Below, one piece after another: positions 28,088 through 37,298 of a stretch of 64,000 nucleotides of DNA. Each line of letters starts with the position of its first letter. Position 1 is the stretch's first letter. The position numbers and the translations under genes are program-made. The notes below the pieces were generated by a model. That model had not been told where the DNA came from, did not search any database, and saw only the letters and a list, made by a program, of their open reading frames with translations. This stretch comes from Flavobacteriales bacterium (lineage in GTDB: Bacteria; Bacteroidota; Bacteroidia; Flavobacteriales_F; PHOS-HE28), in the NCBI GenBank assembly GCA_020852835.1, contig JADZAC010000012.1, positions 58,499 to 122,498 on the forward strand. The letters are read 5' to 3'.

Positions 28088-29494
28088 ATGGACATGCCCC
28101 GTACTTTTCACGAGGCCAAGGCCGCTTTGGCTTCCGGTGCCACTACGGTCACGGCCATGACGATGACAGCCTTGGCCTCGGCCAAGGCGAAGGCCGGATT
28201 GAACATTTTCGTGGAGCTCTTCGAAGAAAGCGCCCTGGCCCAGGCGGCGGCGGTTGATGCCAAGCTTTCACGGGGCGAGGCAGGCCCATTGGCCGGGGCG
28301 ATCATCAGCATCAAAGACAACCTCTGCTATGCCGGGCACCGGGTGTCGGCGGCCTCACGGATGCTTGAGGGATATGTGAGCCCGTTCAGTGCAACGGCCG
28401 TGCAGCGGATGCTGGCGGCGGATGCGGTGATCATGGGCCGCACCAATTGCGATGAATTCGCCATGGGCAGCAGCAATGAGACCAGTGCTTACGGTGCCGT
28501 GGCCAATCCGCTTAGCCCCTCCCGGGTGCCCGGGGGCAGCAGTGGAGGGGCGGCCGCCTCAGTGGCGGCGGGCCTTTGCCACATCGCCTTGGCCAGTGAT
28601 ACCGGGGGATCGATCCGGCAGCCTGCCTCCTTTTGCGGGGTGGCAGGGTTCAAGCCCACCTACGGGAGGATCAGCCGCTACGGGCTGATCGCATTTGCCA
28701 GTTCGTTCGATCAGATCGGGCCCATGGCCCACGACGTGAGGGACGTTGAGGCCGCCTATGCGGTGATGGCCGGGCCGGATGAACGGGACAACACCACCAG
28801 CCACCATCCTGCGGCGGATGCCGCGGTGCCGGCACGGTTGAAAGTGGGATACTACACCGCATGCATGGAGCACCCGGGCTTGGACCCCGAGGTGAAGGCC
28901 CAAGTGGCAGGATGGTTGGACCGGTTGCGCGGGGAAGGCCACACGATCGTGCCGCTGGACATGGCCATGGCCGACCTGTTCGTGCCTACCTACTACATCC
29001 TTTCCACCGCGGAGGCCAGCAGCAACTTGGCCAGATTCGACGGGGTGCGCTATGGTCACCGGGCCCCAATGGCCGAAGGGGTGGATGAGGTGTACCGCAA
29101 AAGCCGGTCAGAGGGATTCGGCAGTGAAGTCAAACGCCGGATCCTGCTTGGCACCTTCGTGCTCAGCGCCGGTTACTACGATGCTTATTACGGGCAAGGC
29201 ATGCGGGTGCGCCGCTTGATCCGGGACAATACCCTGCGTTCATTGTCGTCCGTGGACGTACTGCTTACCCCGACGTGCCCCGCCACAGCGTTCGAAAAGG
29301 GGCACATCAGCGATCCCGTGGCAATGTATCTGCAGGATATATTCACCGTACAGGCCAACTTGGCCGGGATACCGGCCATTTCCATCTCCGCCGGCCGGCA
29401 CAGCAATGGCCTTCCGTTCGGGTTGCAGCTGATGGCCAAGCCGTTTGAGGACGAGCGGCTGCTGGCCATCGCACGCGAGGTCTTCGCGGCTTGA
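28088..29494 (+). CDS. gatA: Asp-tRNA(Asn)/Glu-tRNA(Gln) amidotransferase subunit A
   Basis: Amidase signature GGSSGGAAASVAAG plus ...DTGGSIRQPASFCGV. Confidence 0.9.
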   Translation: MDMPRTFHEAKAALASGATTVTAMTMTALASAKAKAGLNIFVELFEESALAQAAAVDAKLSRGEAGPLAGAIISIKDNLCYAGHRVSAASRMLEGYVSPFSATAVQRMLAADAVIMGRTNCDEFAMGSSNETSAYGAVANPLSPSRVPGGSSGGAAASVAAGLCHIALASDTGGSIRQPASFCGVAGFKPTYGRISRYGLIAFASSFDQIGPMAHDVRDVEAAYAVMAGPDERDNTTSHHPAADAAVPARLKVGYYTACMEHPGLDPEVKAQVAGWLDRLRGEGHTIVPLDMAMADLFVPTYYILSTAEASSNLARFDGVRYGHRAPMAEGVDEVYRKSRSEGFGSEVKRRILLGTFVLSAGYYDAYYGQGMRVRRLIRDNTLRSLSSVDVLLTPTCPATAFEKGHISDPVAMYLQDIFTVQANLAGIPAISISAGRHSNGLPFGLQLMAKPFEDERLLAIAREVFAA

Positions 29495-29600
29495 ACAGCC
29501 CGGACACCGGGCTTTGCGGACGGTCTTCACGATCGATCGTGCGCAAGGCAGGGCAACATCCGGAAAAATCGTGCGTATCAACCTCGATATTCGCCTCCCC

Positions 29601-31058
29601 ATGCGTTTGCGTTACCTGTTTCCTGTGCTGCTGCTGGCCCCCCTGGGCCTCGTTGGCCAAGACCCCACTACGGCGCCCGACCCCGTTCTGGAACGGATAG
29701 ACGAGCTGAGCCGGTTGCCCTGGCTGAAGAACGATCCATTCACCACGGACGTGGCCGAATTGAACGTGCACGGGTTCGCCCCGGGCCAGGTGCCGGTGTA
29801 CCATGAAGACGTGTACCGCAAGCGTTTGCTGGCCTTGGATGAAAGGACCCCGTTCAAGCTCACCTACAACGAGCCGGTGCGGGCCTATATCGACATGTAT
29901 GCCCAGCGCAAACAGGAGCAAACGGCCCGCATGCTCGGCTTGGCGCAGCTCTATTTCCCGGTGTTCGAGCAGGCACTTGACCGTTACGGGCTTCCGCAGG
30001 AGCTGAAATACCTCGCCGTGGTGGAAAGTGCCTTGTACCCTGGCGCCAGATCGCGGGCGGCGGCGGTGGGCTTGTGGCAGTTCATCATCGGCACGGGCAA
30101 GCTCTACGGCTTGCGCGTGGACAGCTATGTGGATGAGCGGTGCGACATTTACAAGAGCACCGATGCCGCTTGCCGCTACCTGCGGGACCTGCATGAGGTT
30201 TTCGGGGATTGGGAACTGGCCCTGGCCGCGTACAACTGCGGGCCGGGGAACGTGAACAAGGCGGTGCGCCGGGCAGGGGGAGTGTTGGATTACTGGAAGA
30301 TCTATGACCACCTGCCACGCGAAACCAGGGGATACGTGCCGGCCTTCATTGCGGCCAACTACATCTTCAACTACGCGGCGGACCATAACGTGTATCCGGT
30401 CATCCCCAACTATTGCGCCTACGAAGTGGATACTGTCCATGTGCGCTACCCGCTGGAATTGGACCAACTGGCCGCACTGATCGGGGCTCCCGCCCAAGAG
30501 GTGCGCGACCTGAACCCCGTGTTCAAGGCGGGCGTTGTGCCGAATATGGCCTGGCCTGCAACCGTGTACATTCCCGCGACCTATGTCACGGCCTTCATCC
30601 AGCAGGAAGACAGCATCTCCCGCTCCTACCGTCCGGATGTAAGCGCACCCGCCCCAAGCACTGCCGTTGCACGGGTGGAGCAGCCATCCACCAGGACGGT
30701 AACACACACGGTGCGCGGGGGGGAATCCCTGGGGACGATCGCGCGCAGGCACAGCGTGAGCGTACAGGACCTGCGCCGCTGGAACCACCTCAAAGGAGAC
30801 CAGATCCGGGCAGGCCAGCGGCTGGTGCTGCATCCTTCCGCAGCACGTGCAGAAGAGCCGGCCCAGGCAGCGGCCAAGCCGGGGGACGGCAAGAAAGAGT
30901 ACATCTACCACACCATTCAGCCTGGCGATACGTTGTGGGAGATCGCCAAGAACTATCCCGGGGTAAGCGTGGATGACATCAAACGGCTCAACGGACACAT
31001 GAACACCCGCAATTTGGTGGTGGGCAAGAAGATCCGCGTGGGGGTGGAGAAGGGATAG
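29601..31058 (+). CDS. membrane-bound lytic murein transglycosylase D-like protein (SLT domain plus two LysM domains)
   Basis: Signal peptide, SLT motif ESALYPGARSRAAAVGLWQFIIGTG, and two LysM repeats (HTVRGGESLGTIARRH...; HTIQPGDTLWEIAKNY...). Confidence 0.85.
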   Translation: MRLRYLFPVLLLAPLGLVGQDPTTAPDPVLERIDELSRLPWLKNDPFTTDVAELNVHGFAPGQVPVYHEDVYRKRLLALDERTPFKLTYNEPVRAYIDMYAQRKQEQTARMLGLAQLYFPVFEQALDRYGLPQELKYLAVVESALYPGARSRAAAVGLWQFIIGTGKLYGLRVDSYVDERCDIYKSTDAACRYLRDLHEVFGDWELALAAYNCGPGNVNKAVRRAGGVLDYWKIYDHLPRETRGYVPAFIAANYIFNYAADHNVYPVIPNYCAYEVDTVHVRYPLELDQLAALIGAPAQEVRDLNPVFKAGVVPNMAWPATVYIPATYVTAFIQQEDSISRSYRPDVSAPAPSTAVARVEQPSTRTVTHTVRGGESLGTIARRHSVSVQDLRRWNHLKGDQIRAGQRLVLHPSAARAEEPAQAAAKPGDGKKEYIYHTIQPGDTLWEIAKNYPGVSVDDIKRLNGHMNTRNLVVGKKIRVGVEKG

Positions 31059-31161
31059 CCGAGGCGGCACGTGCCAGCCGGGTTATCAACGATCAGCGAG
31101 GCCTTGTTGATGTTTTTCCGGGGCCTGTGGGCTGGAGCCCCGCTAATTTCGGTGCAACGCT

Positions 31162-31398
31162 TTGATCATGGGCTTGCCCGATATCCGCACGTTCTTGCAT
31201 ACACGTTGCCGGTTCCGCCTCCGGGGTGGCAAGGAGGTGTTTGGTGTGGTGTGGGAAAGCGGCACACAAGCGGACCAACCACTCTGTTTCGCTTCCATCG
31301 GGGAATATGAACGTGCGCTGCGGGAACCCCAACGACCGATCAACACCATAGCCATGCCGGCCGAGGAGATCTTGATGGCGGAACGCCTGGTGGATTGA
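31162..31398 (+). CDS. orphan hypothetical small protein (78 aa)
   Basis: Clean ORF between convergent mltD-like and ptrB genes. No recognisable family. Confidence 0.3.
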   Translation: MIMGLPDIRTFLHTRCRFRLRGGKEVFGVVWESGTQADQPLCFASIGEYERALREPQRPINTIAMPAEEILMAERLVD

Positions 31399-31417
31399 CC
31401 AGGACCGATGGTCCGGA

Positions 31418-33553
31418 TCAGGGCAGGGGCGTGTTCCGCAGGGCTCGGCCTAGCAGGAAGGCATAGGCCCGCGCCACCTCTTGTAAACGTTCAAATCGGC
31501 CGGTGGCTCCTCCGTGGCCGGCTTCCATGTTTGTCCAGAGCAGCAGCGGCTCGCTGCCCCGTTGGTGCTCTCTAAGGCGGGCCACCCACTTGGCGGGCTC
31601 CCAGTATTGCACTTGGCTGTCGTGGAAACCCGTGGTGGCCAGTAATGCCGGGTAGCGCGCATCATGGACATTTTCATAGGGTGCGTAAGCCAAGATCCGG
31701 TGGAATGCCCCGGCTTCACGCGGGTCTCCCCATTCCTCATATTCACCGGTGGTCAGCGGAAGGTCGGCATCCAGCATGGTGTTCACCACGTCCACGAACG
31801 GCACCTCGGCGACCACGCCATCCCAAAGGTCGGGCCGCAGGTTCATCACGGCGCCTACGAGCAGACCTCCGGCACTTCCGCCCATGCAGTAGATACGGGA
31901 AGGGTCGGCATGGCCATCGGCCTTGAGCTGTTCGGCGCAGGCGATGAAGTCGGTGAAGGTGTTCATCTTATGCTCCATCCGGCCTTGTTCGTACCAGGCC
32001 CGCCCGAGCTCTTCACCGCCGCGCACATGGGCGATGGCCAACACGAATCCGCGGTCAAGCAAGCTCAGGCGCGCGCTGCTGAATACGGGCTCGAGGTTGA
32101 TGCCGTAGGCCCCGTACCCGTACAAAAGCAATGGGGCGTGGCCGTCCATGGGCAGGTCGCAGCGGTGCACCAAGCTGATCGGAATGCGCGTCCCGTCATT
32201 GGCAACGGCCCATATACGCTCACTGACAAAGCGGGCCGGATCAAAATCACCAACAACCTCCTGCTGCTTCAGCAGTTTCTCCTGGCCGGTGACCAAATCG
32301 TGCTCATACACCGAGTCGGGGGTGGTGAGCGAGCTGTATCCGTATCGGAATTTGGTGCTGTCCCAGTTGGGGTTCACCCCGCTGTAGGCCACATAGGCGG
32401 GATCGTGGAAGTGGATGGCGCGCTCATTCCCGTTGTCAAGCTGCCGGATGCTAAGCTGCACCAGCCCGTTGGTTCTTTCGGTGAGCACCAAGTGGTTGCG
32501 GAACACGTCCACATCCTCGAGCAGCACATCGGGCCGGTGGGGAACCACTTCCTTCCAATTCGATTTGGCGGTGAGGTGCTCCGGGCATTCCATCAGGCGA
32601 AAGTTCCGGGCCTTCCAATTGGTAAGGATGTAGAACTTGCCGGGTTCATCCCCATGTGCGCCGCCGGGCACATGCATGATGCTTAGTTCATGCCTTCTTT
32701 CCCTGGGGAACATGGCTTGAAAGGAGCCGAGGGGGTCGGTAACGGGCAGCAAGCGGTGCTCGCTGCTCAGGGTGCTTTCACTGGTGATGACCACAAAACG
32801 ATCGGACCGGCTGCGGTATACCTCGCAACTGAACGCCCTGTTGCGTTCGTGGAAGACGAGCTGGTCGGTGGCCGGATCGGTGCCCAGGATGTGGCGGAAC
32901 ACGCGGGCGTTTCGCAGGCTGCGGTCCTTGCGCACATAAAAGAAGGTCTGGTCGTCAGCAAAGGCGCCGCCGTCCCCCGCGTGGGTGATCACGTCGGGCA
33001 GGTCCAACCCGGTGTTCAGGTCGCGGAAGCGGATCTCGTAGCGGCGCCTGCCCACCGTATCCACGCTGTAGGCCATGAGGCGATTGCCGGGAGCGACCTC
33101 AAGATCGGCCAGATCGAAATAGTCATGTGCGGCCGCCATGGCATTCTCGTCCAGGAAGTCGGTGAAACTCCCGGGCACCTGCTCGGGGTCTGCCAAGGCC
33201 GGTGCCCGCATGTGCACGGGATATTCCGCGCCGGGATCATAGCGAAAGCGGTACCAGTAGCCATTCTCCCTGTAAGGCACGCTGATGTCCCCTTCCTTGA
33301 TCCGCCCTTTCATTTCATTGAAAAGGGTGGTGCGCAACCCGGCCAACGGGGCCATCACCTGTTCGGTATAGGCGTTTTCCTGTTCCAAGTAACCGGTAAC
33401 GCGCCGGGCATGTGCATCGGGCACCTTGGCCGATCGCTGGGCCTCGGAAAGGCGCATCCAAGCGTATTCATCGACCTGGGTGCGCCCATGCACGCTGTAT
33501 CGGTGTTCTTGCTTTTCGGCACGCGGAGGTACGGGTGGCGCGGTGACCTTCAT
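31418..33553 (-). CDS. ptrB: S9-family serine peptidase, oligopeptidase B-like
   Basis: N-terminal beta-propeller, C-terminal alpha/beta hydrolase with GGSAGG catalytic-Ser motif, and LLLYGYGAYG segment typical of oligopeptidase B. Confidence 0.8.
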   Translation of the reverse strand: MKVTAPPVPPRAEKQEHRYSVHGRTQVDEYAWMRLSEAQRSAKVPDAHARRVTGYLEQENAYTEQVMAPLAGLRTTLFNEMKGRIKEGDISVPYRENGYWYRFRYDPGAEYPVHMRAPALADPEQVPGSFTDFLDENAMAAAHDYFDLADLEVAPGNRLMAYSVDTVGRRRYEIRFRDLNTGLDLPDVITHAGDGGAFADDQTFFYVRKDRSLRNARVFRHILGTDPATDQLVFHERNRAFSCEVYRSRSDRFVVITSESTLSSEHRLLPVTDPLGSFQAMFPRERRHELSIMHVPGGAHGDEPGKFYILTNWKARNFRLMECPEHLTAKSNWKEVVPHRPDVLLEDVDVFRNHLVLTERTNGLVQLSIRQLDNGNERAIHFHDPAYVAYSGVNPNWDSTKFRYGYSSLTTPDSVYEHDLVTGQEKLLKQQEVVGDFDPARFVSERIWAVANDGTRIPISLVHRCDLPMDGHAPLLLYGYGAYGINLEPVFSSARLSLLDRGFVLAIAHVRGGEELGRAWYEQGRMEHKMNTFTDFIACAEQLKADGHADPSRIYCMGGSAGGLLVGAVMNLRPDLWDGVVAEVPFVDVVNTMLDADLPLTTGEYEEWGDPREAGAFHRILAYAPYENVHDARYPALLATTGFHDSQVQYWEPAKWVARLREHQRGSEPLLLWTNMEAGHGGATGRFERLQEVARAYAFLLGRALRNTPLP

Positions 33554-33615
33554 GGGCGCAGTGTTCCAATGGCTGGAAAGCCGTGGCGGGCGAAATTAGC
33601 CTGCGGGGCTTCGGT

Positions 33616-34320
33616 TTATTGAAGCAGCTCGTGGAGCACTTCCGGGGATCGCAGCTCACCAAAGCCCTCAACGTGGAACCGGAAGAACAAGAGCAGGTGC
33701 CCCAGAAGTGAACGGCGTACCGGGGCGGATAGGCGCGGGGGCGGTTGCACGTTGCACAGCAGGAGCGCAAATGCTGCGGCATCGGCCGGTTCCATGCAGA
33801 ATGCGTGGCAGGCCGGGCCATGGAAGAAGCGGCCCTCCTGCAGATCGAACCGGTCTTCACCGGGCGCGGGCGGCTCCGGCAGAAAGCCGAGTTGCCCGGC
33901 CAACCCGATGAGCAGGTCCAGGGGCACCTGTCCCAAAGTGATGCCGGTGTCAATGGTGTCGAGCACTTGCAGCACGAACCGGAACAGGGCGGGATCCGGC
34001 GCGCCTTCGTGCAGGGTGCGGTAGAAGACCTCCTGGGCAAACAACAGCAGCATGGCCCGGCGGGGGTCGTGGGCAATGCCCAAGTAAGGTTGAAAGATCC
34101 GGGCTTCCCGCACCAGCTGAAGGTCGCGCTCGCGATTTTCGGCCACCACCAGTTCCAGGCGGGCCAAGGGCTGCAGCACGGCCGGGAGCACGGCGCCGCG
34201 CTTGCCGGTACGCACCATGTAAGAGCGAGCGCCGAAGGCTTCGGTGTAGGCCTTAAGCACGGTGGTGCGGTCGCCGTGCCTGAAGGTCCGCAGCGCGATG
34301 GCACGCGTAGTGTGCAGCAT
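33616..34320 (-). CDS. recO: DNA repair protein RecO
   Basis: N-terminal OB-fold (AIALRTFRHGDRTTVLKAYTE) plus typical RecO length and Cys/His-containing C-terminal region. Confidence 0.8.
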   Translation of the reverse strand: MLHTTRAIALRTFRHGDRTTVLKAYTEAFGARSYMVRTGKRGAVLPAVLQPLARLELVVAENRERDLQLVREARIFQPYLGIAHDPRRAMLLLFAQEVFYRTLHEGAPDPALFRFVLQVLDTIDTGITLGQVPLDLLIGLAGQLGFLPEPPAPGEDRFDLQEGRFFHGPACHAFCMEPADAAAFALLLCNVQPPPRLSAPVRRSLLGHLLLFFRFHVEGFGELRSPEVLHELLQ

Positions 34321-34332
34321 GCGAAGCCGGGA

Positions 34333-36702
34333 TCACCTCACCACGGCCACCTTGGTGTTGCACTTGCTCTTGCCTTCAGGATCCATGACCAGCACCAGGT
34401 ACACACCGGTGCTTACCCGTTGGCCCTGCATGTCGGTGGCGGGCCAAGTGGCCTGCCCGCCCTTGGAGATGGCGTGGTACACCAGGTTGCCGGCCACATC
34501 GGTGATGCGCACATCGCTACCGCGCACCAAACCGGTGATGGCCACCGGCCCGGTGTAGGATTCGCGCACAGGGTTGGGGAACACGGTGGCGCAGTCGGAC
34601 TTGACGGAACCTTCGGTGGCATCGCTGCGGTAGCTCATGATTCCTTGGTCGGTACCGATAAAGAGCTCGCCCGTGCGGCCGTCCATGGCCATGCACAGGA
34701 TGTTGTTGCTGGGCAGGGGGCTGTTTTCGGCGGTAAAGTGGGCGAGCTGCTCGGTTCCGTCGGCGCTCACCAGGTAAACACCGCTGCTTTGGGTGCCGAG
34801 CCATTTGCGGTTGGCGCCATCCACCACGATGGCGCTCACGGCTTCGGTTTCCAGCAGGATCTGCCAGTTGCCGTCCTGCTCGATGAGGATCTGCTGGGCA
34901 TCGAAGTTTTCGTTGGTGAACACCAGATCGGGGTTGTAGAATACGGCAATGCCCTTTCCGGTGCCCACCCAGATCTGTTCATCGAGGTCTTCGGCAATGC
35001 AGAACACGTCCATGGAAGGCAGTTTGCCTTGGCCTTCGAAGGTGTTGATGACCTTGGCCAGGTCATCCCCGGGTTCAGAAGGGGTGCCATTATCGGAAAA
35101 GACAAAGAGGCCGGAGCTTCGAGGACGCACTGCCCATTTGAGGCCGTTCTTGGCGGCGATGATGTCCGACAGCAGCGTGTTGTTGGCCAGGACGCCTCCG
35201 GTGTTCATGGCATACCAAGTGCCGCTTTCCATGCGCACGCTCAGGGGGTTGGTGCAGTTGCTGTTGGTGGCCCACAGGTTACCGCTTTCATCGTAGGCCA
35301 AGCCCGCCACTTGGGTGGGGATGTCGTCCGTGGTGCCGTTCTGGAACCGCTGCAGGGTGCTGTTGTTTGCATCGAAGAAACCGATGCCGTGCCCATCGCG
35401 CATTTCGAGGATGCCATCGTCCCAGCTGGAAACAAATACGTGGGAGCCGTCCTTCGGATCCACCTGAACGGCCAGCACATCGTTCAATGCAGCGGCATAG
35501 TCATTTCCGCCCGAGGCGAAGAGGGGGTCGTTGAGCATGTTGGTGGTATGCCACCGGCCGTCCACCAAGTAGTGCACCCCTTCCTTGCGGTACATGTAGG
35601 ACCAGTTGCCTGCGGTGGCGCCGGTGGTGACGTAGAGCGCGCCATCGGCGCAGGACATGCGGTAGCAGGTATTGGTGGCCGGGCCGTTGGGCGCCACCAC
35701 GTCAAAGTCATTCGCCCAGCGGTAACCAACCAGCCCCAGGCCATTGGTTGCTATCCAGATCGTGGTGGGGCCGGTCCGCACCGCATCGCGCGGTTTGAGC
35801 TCTGCGGCCCCGGCATGGTCGATGTAGGTGACTTCTTCGAGCGCCTGGTTGAACTCCCTGATCCGGCTCCTGCCCGTTACGGTGAGCACTTGCCCGTCAT
35901 TGGATACGGTGATGTTGCGGTTAAAGTCATGCACGGCTGCGGTAAGCACGTGCCAACCGGCATTGTAGTAGTAGATGGTGTCTTTTTCCTGCTCTTCGAT
36001 CTCGCTTACCCGCCGGTTCACGAGCAGCATGTTGTTGAAGGTGAGCACCTCGGTAAACGGGCCGTTGGCACCGGGCAGGTCCATGCGTTTGTGCCAAGTG
36101 GTATAGGCGGCCAGGTTGGCGGCATCCTGCCACGCTGCGAACACGCCGGCCTGGGTGGCCGCGTAAATGGAATCCTGGTGGAAAACAATGTCGTTTACCT
36201 GCAGAGTGGAGGCGTTCGGGCCGATCAGCCAAGTGTCCTTTACCTCTTTGCGTACAAGATCCACCACGACAATGCCGAAGCCGCATCCCAGGTAGGCGAG
36301 GTCGCCATGGGTAACGATGCAGTGAACACCCTTGTCACCGACCATGGTGCTGCGCTTGATATCGGGCATATTGGTGATGCCATTGGGGCCCAGCAGGTCC
36401 AAGTTGCCGTTTTTATAGCCGATCAGCAGGGTGTTATGGGAGGTATTCCAGCCCATGGAGAGGATGTTCACGTCGCTCAGGCTGTTCACCTTGGTGTAGC
36501 GTTGGGTCTCACCGCTCGAGGTACTGTACTTGAACACGGCGGTGCCGGTGGCGCAATACAGCTGGTCGTTGCCCTGCACCACGGCCACGGTCTGTTGGTA
36601 TTGGAAATGGTCGCGCCAATGGCCTATGGCGGGTTGGGCGGAGCTGTTGGCAGCGTGGATGCACAGGAATGCTGCGAGCAGCAGCGCGGAGATAGTTCGC
36701 AT
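34333..36702 (-). CDS. beta-propeller (two-component regulator propeller-like) secreted protein with T9SS C-terminal sorting domain
   Basis: Signal peptide (MRTISALLLAAFLCIHAANSSAQ), repeated propeller blades, and C-terminal Por-secretion tail (GVYLVLVMDPEGKSKCNTKVAVVR). The ORF-track start at 36951 is an artefactual extension that runs over the tRNA. Confidence 0.75.
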   Translation of the reverse strand: MRTISALLLAAFLCIHAANSSAQPAIGHWRDHFQYQQTVAVVQGNDQLYCATGTAVFKYSTSSGETQRYTKVNSLSDVNILSMGWNTSHNTLLIGYKNGNLDLLGPNGITNMPDIKRSTMVGDKGVHCIVTHGDLAYLGCGFGIVVVDLVRKEVKDTWLIGPNASTLQVNDIVFHQDSIYAATQAGVFAAWQDAANLAAYTTWHKRMDLPGANGPFTEVLTFNNMLLVNRRVSEIEEQEKDTIYYYNAGWHVLTAAVHDFNRNITVSNDGQVLTVTGRSRIREFNQALEEVTYIDHAGAAELKPRDAVRTGPTTIWIATNGLGLVGYRWANDFDVVAPNGPATNTCYRMSCADGALYVTTGATAGNWSYMYRKEGVHYLVDGRWHTTNMLNDPLFASGGNDYAAALNDVLAVQVDPKDGSHVFVSSWDDGILEMRDGHGIGFFDANNSTLQRFQNGTTDDIPTQVAGLAYDESGNLWATNSNCTNPLSVRMESGTWYAMNTGGVLANNTLLSDIIAAKNGLKWAVRPRSSGLFVFSDNGTPSEPGDDLAKVINTFEGQGKLPSMDVFCIAEDLDEQIWVGTGKGIAVFYNPDLVFTNENFDAQQILIEQDGNWQILLETEAVSAIVVDGANRKWLGTQSSGVYLVSADGTEQLAHFTAENSPLPSNNILCMAMDGRTGELFIGTDQGIMSYRSDATEGSVKSDCATVFPNPVRESYTGPVAITGLVRGSDVRITDVAGNLVYHAISKGGQATWPATDMQGQRVSTGVYLVLVMDPEGKSKCNTKVAVVR

Positions 36703-36765
36703 ACGGACGGGTGCTACATGGCCACAACGCGGAACCGGCGTGATCGGTATGGGGACGGCAAAGGT

Positions 36766-36797
36766 GCAAAAACGCCAAACGCCCCGGTAAGGGGGCG
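36766..36797 (-). terminator. rho-independent terminator immediately downstream of tRNA-Cys
   Basis: On the minus strand: CGCCCC-loop-GGGGCG hairpin followed by TTTGGCGTTTTTGC. Confidence 0.5.
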
Positions 36798-36805
36798 CCT
36801 GGTTG

Positions 36806-36876
36806 AGGTCGCGTGCGGATTCGAACCGCAGTAGCAGCTTTTGCAGAGCTGTGCCTAGCCACTCGGCCACGCGACC
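36806..36876 (-). tRNA. tRNA-Cys (anticodon GCA)
   Basis: The 71-nt minus-strand sequence GGTCGCGUGGCCGAGUGGCUAGGCACAGCUCUGCAAAAGCUGCUACUGCGGUUCGAAUCCGCACGCGACCU folds into a cloverleaf: 7-bp acceptor stem, D-arm, anticodon loop CUGCAAA (U33-GCA-A37), T-loop UUCGAAU, discriminator U. CCA not encoded. Confidence 0.85.
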
Positions 36877-36947
36877 AGGAAGTGATCCCTGGAGGGCCGT
36901 ACCGGGGGCGCGGTCATGCAGGGGGCCGCGAAGATAACCGGTTGCGA

Positions 36948-37298
36948 TCAACCTTCCACGGTATAGACCACACTATCCACTGCACCCGGGATCGGGGGGT
37001 GTTCTTTCTCCAGGCGGATGCGCCAGCGGAATCCATGGGGCCATTCCTTGTGCAGGGCGGCCAGGATCCGCGCTCCCACATGCTCGATCAGCTTGGAGCG
37101 GACGGCCATTTGTTCCACGACGATCGCCGTGACCCGGCTGTAGTCGATGGTGTCGGCCAACTTGTCGGTTCGTTCGGCCCGGATAAAATCGCCTTCCACG
37201 GCCACGTCCACGCGGTAGTGCCCTCCGATCCGCCCTTCTTCGGAAAGGCAACCATGGTAGGCGTAGACTTTGATGCCCTTGACCTCGATCAGCCCCAT
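36948..37298 (-). CDS. folB: dihydroneopterin aldolase
   Basis: MGLIEVKGIKVYAYHGCLSEEGRIGGHYRVDVAV is the FolB N-terminal signature. Internal Met chosen. Confidence 0.85.
   Translation of the reverse strand: MGLIEVKGIKVYAYHGCLSEEGRIGGHYRVDVAVEGDFIRAERTDKLADTIDYSRVTAIVVEQMAVRSKLIEHVGARILAALHKEWPHGFRWRIRLEKEHPPIPGAVDSVVYTVEG

Noticed and set aside
23244-31070. Several 250-575-aa minus-strand ORFs (23244-23984, 23997-24788, 24903-25817, 25601-26935, 29343-31070)
   Set aside because: All lie antisense to well-supported + strand genes (nucleotidyltransferase, TPR, DUF4292, M23 peptidase, MltD-like) and lack any motif.
33745-36834. 1029-aa + strand ORF
   Set aside because: It is antisense to recO and to the T9SS propeller gene. 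The minus-strand proteins have a signal peptide, propeller repeats, a Por-secretion tail and RecO signatures. The + translation is low-complexity G/A/V/H-rich.
36703-36951. N-terminal 83 residues of ORF 34333..36951
   Set aside because: The extension reads through the tRNA-Cys gene and its terminator. The real protein starts at the Met preceding the signal peptide (36702).
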